IMG/VR virus record: IMGVR_UViG_3300026549_000067
Coordinates: 17,514 to 81,513 of that record
From: a virus
Taxonomy: Duplodnaviria; Caudoviricetes
Direction: 5' to 3' (one strand)
Length of the DNA stretch: 64,000 nucleotides
Positions 56,213 through 64,000 of the stretch are shown here, one piece after another. The notes under the pieces were generated by a model. That model was not told where the DNA came from. It was given only the letters and a program-made list of their open reading frames with translations, and did no database searches. Position 1 is the first letter of the stretch. Each line of letters begins with the position of its first letter. The position numbers and the translations under genes are program-made.

Positions 56213-57976
56213 CTTGCCACCTCTTTTGTATTTTCAAGCGCATCAATCGCCGCCTGTCTGCTGATTAAATCATCCATCCTGTTCATCTCTCCTTTCTGCC
56301 TTACTGCAAAAGTCTCTATCTGGAACAATCGTATCAATGTGTTTCTGCAAACAATCCATGCCCCTATAGAATCTTCGTTTGTCTACTCTCCCATACCACT
56401 TGCAATCCTTACACCGTATGATCTCTACCCACTCCGCTTCAGGATCATTCCTCAAGCGATTCACGATCTGTTCAACCCAGTCATCCGGCAGATTGACTTG
56501 TATCGGGACTTTAATCTCTGCCATCGGTTCTCCTTTCTGGATAATCGTCATCCGTAACGTTCCGTTTCTCCCACAAATGACAGAATCCATCTTTCGGCAA
56601 CGCATAATGTTCTTCTATCGGGCATCTGGTTCTCCCGTCTGCATACCATCCACCGTTGTTTGCTGTCCTGCCACAATTTACGCATGTGCGTTCAGGCTGT
56701 GCGGATGGCAGATTGCTAACAACATTTTGCATTTTTCCGATAATTACCCTTCTGTCAAAATACTGTTCCTTTGCCTGTTCCATCGCATCAATCGCCGCCT
56801 GTCTGCTGATTAAGTCACTCATCACGCCAGTTCTTCCTCCTTTTCTGCAAGCCAGTCTTTCCACTCAAGCATACAAGCGTATGCCCTTTCCCCAATGGTT
56901 TGACTGCTGTAATACGGGTCTTTTCTATGCTCTGCCGCATACACCAAACCATCAAGTATCCAGTTACCTATGTCGATAAGCGTTTTCAAATTTTCGTTTA
57001 CAACATCATCAATCGCAGTATCAGCTACTGGCTCCGTGCCTCCAACTATGATTTCCAACAGCTTGCAGATTTCTCTGCTTGTCATTTTTTCAGCCATCCT
57101 GTCTCCTCTCTGCCAATACGCATCCAAAATCATAGTCTGTTGCAACAACCCATGATGCGGTATTTTTGCACATCAATCCGTCAGCATCCTCACACCATTT
57201 GCAGTCCTTGCACCGTATGATTTCTGGCTGTGCGGGCGGCAATTCTAGCAACGCCCCTTCCATCACATCACTGTAAACAGCTTCGGCACTCCACGCCACA
57301 TGGCCCTCGCAATTCTGTTCTTCAGCAACTGTCAGCCTGAAAGTGTTTTTCTTAATTGCATCAACTGCATCCTGTCTATAAATCAGATCGCTCATCTGCT
57401 TTTCTCCTCTCCATCTCGTGCTTATTCAGCTTGTCCATAATGCGGTTATATTCACCATCAGTTAACACATTATCCATCCACATTTTCATCATGGCATTGG
57501 CGCAATCCTGATAATCTATCGGCTTAATTTCCGGCTGTGCGGATGGCAATTGCTCAAATCTTTTAATGATTGTCTTTGCCAGTCCTTCCCATTCTCCGCA
57601 TTCAAAGCGAACAATATCTATCGCCGCCCGTCTGCTGATGGTATCGTTGACTAAATCTTTAACTAAACTCTGACTATCTTTGACTATTTTTTCAGCCATC
57701 TCGGCCCCTCCTCTCCGTATATCTCGCGCCATATCTCAGCGATGTAGTATTTGATAGCCGCTACTCCCTCAGCTGAAGTACTGGTTCCCTTGTTCCGATA
57801 GATATTGTACAGTGCATCTGATATCTTTTCCTCGTCCGGCTGTGCGGATAGCAAGTTCTCGATACTGTAAATCGCTTCTTTCTGTAAGTCACACGCAACA
57901 GAACTAATTCCGACTCCATCACTAACATCCAATTTATTCAGCGCATTAATCGCTTCCTGTCTGTAAATCATGTCTT

Positions 57977-58189
57977 TCATTTAACATCGTCCTCCCATCT
58001 TGTATCCTGCCTCATATTCCACAACTCAGCGGCCTTATCCGCCGACCGGGAGTAAAATGTCAACCGATTAAAAGCGCACTCCCGGCCCCCGGTCATGTGC
58101 TCAATTGTCGGGCATCCGTAGTATGCATGATCATAGAGCCTCACCTGCCGCCCGCAGAATGGACAATTACGCAATTTGTATTCGATCAT
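57977..58189 (-). CDS. Lar-like restriction alleviation protein
   Basis: LRNCPFCG...AAELWNMR. Confidence 0.7.
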   Translation of the reverse strand: MIEYKLRNCPFCGRQVRLYDHAYYGCPTIEHMTGGRECAFNRLTFYSRSADKAAELWNMRQDTRWEDDVK

Positions 58190-58297
58190 TTAAGCCACCT
58201 CTCGCCCCGCAGAACAGTTTTTGTTTTTCGGGCGCATATTTTACCGCCCGTTACGGCAAAAACGGTTCTAGGGGCCTTCTCGTGCGTTAAAACAGCA

Positions 58298-58864
58298 TTA
58301 CCGCTTGCCCGTGCTCCCGAAACCTCCACGGTCTGCATTTCCAAGCGTCTTTACTTCCTCAAACCGAATCTCCGGCTGATGCTTCACGATGCGGAATTGG
58401 CATATCCTGTCATTCACCTCAATCACCGTGTCCCGCGTAGCATAGGCCGGGAACATCCACTGATCATTGTCGCCGCAGTAGCTCTCGTCAATGATGCCGA
58501 CGCTGTTTACAAGCAGGATTCCCCAAGTCTTGAAAGTGGACGACCGGGGCACAACGTGCGCCTCATACCCTTCGGGAAGTTGCATCGCAACTCCCAAAGG
58601 AATCATCCTGAACTCGCCCTTCCGCATCGGAACCCGGGCCGCTGACCGAAGGTCAATCCAGTCACCGTTACTGTGCCATACAGGCGGCAGTAAAGCCGCC
58701 GAAAGCATCTTGATTTTAATCGTCTTCACGCGTGAATCCATCGCCTGAAAAGCCGCCGCATTACGCCAATCAAAAATCTCGCCCATAAGCCTCTCCCCCT
58801 TCTTAATCAGCCACCCAACGGAAGACCCCGGCGCGCTGAACGCCCTTCTGCAAACAAGCCGCAT
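58298..58864 (-). CDS. dut: dUTPase
   Basis: [32 protein letters not shown]. Confidence 0.93.
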   Translation of the reverse strand: MRLVCRRAFSAPGSSVGWLIKKGERLMGEIFDWRNAAAFQAMDSRVKTIKIKMLSAALLPPVWHSNGDWIDLRSAARVPMRKGEFRMIPLGVAMQLPEGYEAHVVPRSSTFKTWGILLVNSVGIIDESYCGDNDQWMFPAYATRDTVIEVNDRICQFRIVKHQPEIRFEEVKTLGNADRGGFGSTGKR

Positions 58865-59264
58865 GACTGTTCATATAAATGTCGATATGCTTCCCGGATA
58901 CTCCCCGGTCTTCCACGATGTACTCCCCCTGTCCCGCTATGAGAATCCGTGTTCCAAGCGGCAGGGAGCCGCAAGCCACGGTGCGGCCTTCAGCGGGCAT
59001 CTTGCCATTTGCGCAGGGGCCTCCGGCCCATCTTCCGCAACAGCGGCGGCAATTACAATAAAAAGTCAGCTTATACTCACCTAACGGAACCCAATGTCCT
59101 TCCGGCTGTCTTACGGTCTCAACCTGCGGGGCCTCAGTTTCCACAACCTGCGCCGGGTCATCCGCCAAGCACACAATCGGTGCTCCCGCCATCGCAATAC
59201 AACATCCAACTACAAAGCCCGCCACCCGGGCAATATACGGCCTAATCATTCCATGTCTCCTCAA
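58803..59264 (-). CDS. 3D-domain protein
   Basis: LTFYC...RTVAC..LPLGT...VEDRG...HIDIY. Confidence 0.8.
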   Translation of the reverse strand: MRRHGMIRPYIARVAGFVVGCCIAMAGAPIVCLADDPAQVVETEAPQVETVRQPEGHWVPLGEYKLTFYCNCRRCCGRWAGGPCANGKMPAEGRTVACGSLPLGTRILIAGQGEYIVEDRGVSGKHIDIYMNSHAACLQKGVQRAGVFRWVAD

Positions 59265-60596
59265 TCATGTCATCGTGTTCAAAGTCTGCCCGCTCAAACG
59301 GGTCATCTTCAGGCTCTTCCTCAAACTGCTCCTCAAATGGGTCATGCATCCGCCCGTCCCGCGTTAAGTAGGGCATAGTATTAATTCGGTTCTCAATCGT
59401 TCCCGTTACGAAATCCACCGCTCCATTCTCTCCGGGCGAAAACTCATCCGCAAGCCACTCAAGGAAATCCTCAGCATTGATGTATCTGTCCTGTTTCGGC
59501 ATCAGTTCGCCCTCCTCGCCAACGCTATCTCAACAGCTTGTTTCTTCCCGCTCCTGTAGTACATCACCATATCTGACCACCGCACCGAATCTCCGGAATT
59601 AAAAATGCACAGCCGGGGAGTTTTACGGGATACAATCAGCTCCCTTTTAATATGCCGCACCTGTTTATTTCCCTCACGCGGCTGATGATAGTCAACCGTT
59701 ACGCGGTCGCCGATGTCGGTATTGCTCATGGCCTTCAGGAGCTCATCCTTTACAATCGGTTCCGGCTTTGGCTTTTCAACGATATGTGCATCCTCGGAAA
59801 GCGAAAACAGGAATTTGTTATTTGCAACCTTGATCTCATGCACCCCGTCACATCTGCCATATCGCAGGTAATACCGCACAGTGTTTTCATTCAGCCCGGA
59901 TGCTCGGGCGATGTCAATAAGCGGCGCAGGGTTCCCGGTCTTGGATATGAGCTCTCTTAGCGCAGTTATAATCTTTACCTCAAGCCGTTCCGGCAGGTGC
60001 GGGTCAATATCGGGTGTCCACCATAAATTCCGGTTCGCAACTTCGTAGTTCTTCAGAGCCCCTTCAGCTCTGAGCTCCCGGAGACCACGAAGCAGGGTCT
60101 CCTTGCTGATTCTGTGTTCAGCCTTTATGGCGGCGAATATATCATTGGTACTTATTGCGCGTCCCGCCGTCCTGCACTCCCGGGCCGCTATCTCGTATAT
60201 CGCCTTCTTGTTTACCTTCAACATCTCTCCTCCATCTCTTATCCGAGCAAAGGCTTGTGTAGCAGTATGCGGGATGCTTGGCGGAGTATGTGTTGGCATC
60301 GCGCCCGTTCTCCTCCGCATATACTCTTCTGACATAGTTGGCGTGGAGCATATCACGCCGCCGTTGCTCAGGTGTTCTTTTCTCGCTCATAATGATCTCC
60401 GCTCCAGTTCCTCGAGGTAATTAATAGCCCTGTCCATAATCACCGAAGGATTGTCAACCATGTCGGGCGTTATAATTTCCCGGAGCTCAAGCACAATGTC
60501 ATCCCATGCTTTTTGGTCGTTCTTGCTGACCTTTTTGGATTTCCATTTCAGGTACCAAACCCGGATCTCATGCAGTTTTTCTGATGTCTTTTCCAT
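59242..60596 (-). CDS. hypothetical genes incl. winged-helix-like protein 59502-60356
   Basis: ORF track; HTH-like segments. Confidence 0.5.
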
Positions 60597-60600
60597 AAAA

Positions 60601-60840
60601 GTTACCTCGAGTTACAATCTGAAATGATTTTATGTAAATTTGTGTAACCACCTCAAACCCGCATAAAACCTAGCTTTTTTTAGTAAAGTTACATAGTTAC
60701 ACAGGTTACACTAACTTTTGCCCTATATAGGGGAATTTTTCTGTGTGTGTAAAAAATAGTAAAAAGACACACACAGAAAATTTTTTCAGTGCTATATATA
60801 TGCAAACCTGCAAAAAATCATGTAACCGTGTAACCGCACC
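60601..60840. repeat. putative replication origin with GTTAC(A) iterons
   Basis: About 8 GTTAC/GTAAC copies in both orientations; AT-rich; inverted ttttctgtgtgtgt/acacacacagaaaa; directly after the primase/helicase. Confidence 0.65.
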
Positions 60841-60844
60841 CTTT

Positions 60845-62758
60845 TTACGGGAAGGACAATGCAGTCCCGTCATCGGCCTCAACCTCGATAAACTCGGGGT
60901 TTTCGGGCATTTTGAGCCAATACATTCTCGCGGCCCGCCGCCCGATTTTTTTGTTACGTTGCGGTCTTCCTTCCTTGTCCGGTAACATCAGCCCCTCTTT
61001 TAAGCAGTACGAAATGAATGATGACTTGCTGAAGTGTCCGTTTTCGCACAAGTTCTGAAGGGCCGCCGGGAAGAGGTATGCAATTCCCTTGTCGGTATCA
61101 AGGATTCCCCACTGCTCAGTATTTACATCGGGGTCAAACCTGCTTTGATTCATGAAGATTTCATCAACAATGTACTGATAACAACGCTTGTTCCCGTTTA
61201 CATCATCCGGGTTGCTCAGCATACAGAGTGATTCCTTCGGCGTGACATACACCCCGTCAAAGAAAATGTAGTCTGTAGCAATGCGGTCGGCGAGAAGGAT
61301 GGTTGCAAGGCTTAGGGCCTGCTTCTGCATCGCTTCCCCGGCAACCTCTGTAATCTCATCAATGATGCCGTTGTAGTCCTTCAGGAGCTCCTCCGGGTCA
61401 ATGGTTGTTATTACCTGTGTAAACAGCCTCCCCGCGAAACCGTAGTTTTCCCGTACGAGATCCGCCGTTTTTCGTGGGTCTTTGAACAGCTTGTCGTCAA
61501 CGTGGAGCTCAAGAATTCTGTTGATGGCCCCGCCCTGCTGAACAAAGCCATTGATCGGGGTTTCGCCCGTGGTTATAGTTACCAACTGCCATGTCTTTTC
61601 CTGCTGAAGCCCGAGGGAACGGTCAGAACGGCTCTTGCCTTTGCCGCTCGTGATGTCGTAGACAAAGCCCTCAAAGTTATCCTTGATTCTTTTGGATGTC
61701 TTTGCCGTATCATCAAGGATGAGCGGCAGGTTATTCAGGGCATCTGCCCGGGCCTCAAGTGCTGTTTCCGTGCTTTTGAAATCGCCGATGTACTTGTTTG
61801 CCCCCGGGTCTGCCCAAATGCTACAAGCCACCAACTCCGCAACAGACTTTCCGGCTTCAGTGCCGCCCCACAAGTCTATGATGTATGGCAGGGCCCCCAA
61901 CTTCTTCAGAAGCACTGATGCAAATGAAGCCGCCATCATGACCCGTACATGAAACGAACCCTGCTCCCGTAAATCAAGGATGTGATTCAGCCATGTCCTA
62001 TAGCTTCCATTCTCAGTTATTGCCGATGCAAGCTGTGGGAAGTCTGTGTCCGCATCGAACTCAATGCCGCCGCTGTCGTACGGCAGGAACCGTCCATTAA
62101 TCCATCCAAACTTGCTCGATGATTCCCGGAGCTCAATATCTTCCATATTCCGGGCTTCCACATCCGAAAGGTACTTGACCAATGCCCTTGCATTTTCGGA
62201 TGTAACAAGAATCCCATAGTTACTAAGCTCAACAATCTTGTTCGCTGAACTTATCAGGTCTTTGCGGAAGGTCTGTTCTGTCCACTGCCTGTCGCGTTTG
62301 AAGGCAAGTACAATTTTTTCCTTCCCGGTCTGAATGTTCCTTAACCGCTCAACCGGGAGAATCGGGTGAGGGCATGCAGTGATTGAGCTCCTTTGTTGGT
62401 CGAAGATGCTCACGCCGCCGTCATTGGCAAGCCATGGGCCGCAGTTAAGGTTCCCCCGACCGATTTCTGTCAGCCCGGTGAAGCAGGTCACGTTCGACGC
62501 TTCCTCAAGCCGTTTCCTTTGTGCTTCCCGGGCCTGTGCTTTTTCTTCCTTTGCCTTGTCCCGTTCCGCTTTTAATTGTTCCCGGAGGGCGGCGGAATAT
62601 GCCGCCTGTTTCGCATCAAACTCCCTGACGCGCTTTTCGGCTTTTGCTTTCGCTCGCAGTTCGTTCAACAGGTTCGCCCGCTTAATTACATCGGGTTCTT
62701 CAAATATCCTGTCGAATACCTCGTCAGCAAGAATGTCCTGCACAGGTTCCGCGCTCAT
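60845..62758 (-). CDS. DUF927 primase-associated SF3-like helicase
   Basis: WLANDGGV, HPILP, GGTEAGKS Walker A, LILDD, GKGKSR. Confidence 0.88.
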   Translation of the reverse strand: MSAEPVQDILADEVFDRIFEEPDVIKRANLLNELRAKAKAEKRVREFDAKQAAYSAALREQLKAERDKAKEEKAQAREAQRKRLEEASNVTCFTGLTEIGRGNLNCGPWLANDGGVSIFDQQRSSITACPHPILPVERLRNIQTGKEKIVLAFKRDRQWTEQTFRKDLISSANKIVELSNYGILVTSENARALVKYLSDVEARNMEDIELRESSSKFGWINGRFLPYDSGGIEFDADTDFPQLASAITENGSYRTWLNHILDLREQGSFHVRVMMAASFASVLLKKLGALPYIIDLWGGTEAGKSVAELVACSIWADPGANKYIGDFKSTETALEARADALNNLPLILDDTAKTSKRIKDNFEGFVYDITSGKGKSRSDRSLGLQQEKTWQLVTITTGETPINGFVQQGGAINRILELHVDDKLFKDPRKTADLVRENYGFAGRLFTQVITTIDPEELLKDYNGIIDEITEVAGEAMQKQALSLATILLADRIATDYIFFDGVYVTPKESLCMLSNPDDVNGNKRCYQYIVDEIFMNQSRFDPDVNTEQWGILDTDKGIAYLFPAALQNLCENGHFSKSSFISYCLKEGLMLPDKEGRPQRNKKIGRRAARMYWLKMPENPEFIEVEADDGTALSFP

Positions 62759-63264
62759 CCGCCGCCACCCCCTTTCTTGAATTTGTCATAATCGTCCTCT
62801 GCGGATTCTGCCCGCATCCGGGCCGCTTCATACTGCGCCAACGCCGCCGCATACAACGGGGATTTCTCCCCAAGTACATCAAGCGCGTGTCTGTACGCTT
62901 CAAGTTCCGCACTAGAAGCGTTTAAAGCCGTTTTAAGCCTGTTTTCCTGTTTCTCTGATAATTCCCTCGCCTTTTGTGCCCGGTACAGTTTAAGGCGGCT
63001 TAAATCGCTTTTGGGGGCATAACCGCCGCCGAGCTCTTTAAATGCTGTTTTGAAATCGCAATTCTCCATCATGGATACGAAATCAATAACATCGCCACCC
63101 GCGCCGCACCCGAAGCACTTAAACTTCTTCGGGTATATCTTCATGCTTGCGGTCTTTTCGTTGTGAAATGGGCACCTGATAAAACCTGCCCGATTCGGAT
63201 CAAGCCCGTAACGCCGCAGGATGTCCCGCATCGTGTACTCGTTTTTTACCTCATCAACCGTCAT
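62755..63264 (-). CDS. CHC2 zinc-finger (primase N-terminal) protein
   Basis: FIRCPFHNEKTASMKIY...FKCFGCGAGGDVIDF; start MTVDEVK approximate. Confidence 0.9.
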   Translation of the reverse strand: MTVDEVKNEYTMRDILRRYGLDPNRAGFIRCPFHNEKTASMKIYPKKFKCFGCGAGGDVIDFVSMMENCDFKTAFKELGGGYAPKSDLSRLKLYRAQKARELSEKQENRLKTALNASSAELEAYRHALDVLGEKSPLYAAALAQYEAARMRAESAEDDYDKFKKGGGGG

Positions 63265-63754
63265 TCCGGCCTCCAAGTAACTCAACAATCTTCTGCCCGG
63301 TTTCTTCTTTGTCACAGAAAAGGAACTGAACCCCGTACTTCCTTTGCATTGTGCAGAGTATCCGGTAAAGGACATCGCCCTGCATCACCTTCTGATGCAC
63401 TATCGTCCAGTGTCCGTTGATGCGCTTCCGTACAATCTCTCGCGGATTCCTCCAAAAAAGCACATCCTCAAGGCAGTGAATTCCGTGCCCGTGTTCACAT
63501 AGAATTACAAGGTGTATCCCTGCTTCCTGCGCCCGTATAAGCTCCCGCCGGAACCGTTCATGTTGCTGACCAACATTGCTCGCCAACTCGTGCAGATCCT
63601 TCTTCGTGTCAACACATACGCTCTGATTCGTTGGCAGTGTGTAATCTCCCACAAATAGACGACAGCGTTCAACCTTGATGCCATGCCTTGCAAACCATTG
63701 GTTCTTCAGGCTGTGCTTGCTTACTTGCTGTCGGGTATCCTCAAGAATGATCAA
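63254..63754 (-). CDS. ERCC4-domain nuclease (Holliday resolvase-like)
   Basis: EDTRQQ...LFVGDY...VDTKK...ERFRREL. Confidence 0.88.
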   Translation of the reverse strand: MIILEDTRQQVSKHSLKNQWFARHGIKVERCRLFVGDYTLPTNQSVCVDTKKDLHELASNVGQQHERFRRELIRAQEAGIHLVILCEHGHGIHCLEDVLFWRNPREIVRKRINGHWTIVHQKVMQGDVLYRILCTMQRKYGVQFLFCDKEETGQKIVELLGGRNDG

Positions 63755-64000
63755 TTGAACGGGAGACCGCCATCATCCACGTTATCCGGGATGTTCACAA
63801 ACCCGTTGGAATCCGGCTGTCCCTGCTGAGCGTTCCCGTCGCTCTTGCTGTCCAAGAATTCAACCTGCTCCGCGATAACATCTGTTGTATAGACCTTCTT
63901 GCCTTCCTTGTTGGTATAGCTTCCGGTCTGAATTCTGCCGTTCAGGCCGATCCGCATTCCCTTATGGAAGAACTTTTCAAGGAGCTCTGCCGTTTTTCCG
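63751..64000 (-). CDS. ssb: single-stranded DNA-binding protein (3' part)
   Basis: GRIQTGSYTNKEGKKVYTTDVIAEQVEF; acidic tail DDGGLPFN. Confidence 0.93.
   Translation of the reverse strand, partial: GKTAELLEKFFHKGMRIGLNGRIQTGSYTNKEGKKVYTTDVIAEQVEFLDSKSDGNAQQGQPDSNGFVNIPDNVDDGGLPFN

Larger units (their letters stand above)
52513..57980 (-). repeat. dispersed coding repeats (DLISRQAAID, LPSAQPE, IIRCKDCKW)
   Basis: tcaatcgccgcctgtctgctgattaa is identical at ~55535, ~56243 and ~56788, with degenerate copies elsewhere; ggctgtgcgg(a)tggc occurs about 6 times. Confidence 0.85.

Noticed and set aside
1-64000. Alternative genetic code / suppressor tRNAs
   Set aside because: Long genes translate intact in code 11; the tRNAs are Gln and Asn; none of the tRNA-like loops carries CTA/TTA/TCA.
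1-64000. CRISPR array
   Set aside because: No regularly spaced 25-45 bp repeats with unique spacers. The repeats at 52-58 kb are coding and irregularly spaced.

Overview
This window is almost a whole ~65 kb siphovirus-type phage genome, and nearly all genes are on the minus strand. The host is probably a gut or rumen Clostridia/Lachnospiraceae-like Firmicute; this is inferred from gene content, not a search. In transcription order (64000 to 1) the modules are: replication (SSB, ERCC4 nuclease, CHC2 zinc finger, DUF927 primase/helicase, iteron-like origin), then a mosaic array of short genes built from repeated motifs plus dUTPase and two methyltransferases. Next are the small terminase and a ~9 kb accessory island, then the large terminase, head and tail genes, and lysis. 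After lysis come a tail-fibre/DGR cassette, a conserved-looking cassette of unknown function, a damaged cI/cro switch and an early recombination ATPase cut by the window edge. Several RNA-based systems are visible directly in the sequence. (1) A complete diversity-generating retroelement, with 18 of 18 TR/VR mismatches at template adenines. (2) A 288-nt ORF-less group I intron splitting a tail gene, which the ORF track missed. (3) An RNA island with a ~565-nt ROOL/GOLLD-class RNA enclosed by a 27-bp inverted repeat that has a third copy behind tRNA-Asn. The island also holds two tRNAs, three aberrant tRNA-like RNAs, an IscB/omegaRNA element whose guide and TAM can be reconstructed, and an ORF-less IS200/IS605 derivative. 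(4) A cI gene fused to what looks like a tRNA-derived att core, with no integrase in the window. Family names come from motif recognition only; no database search was run.
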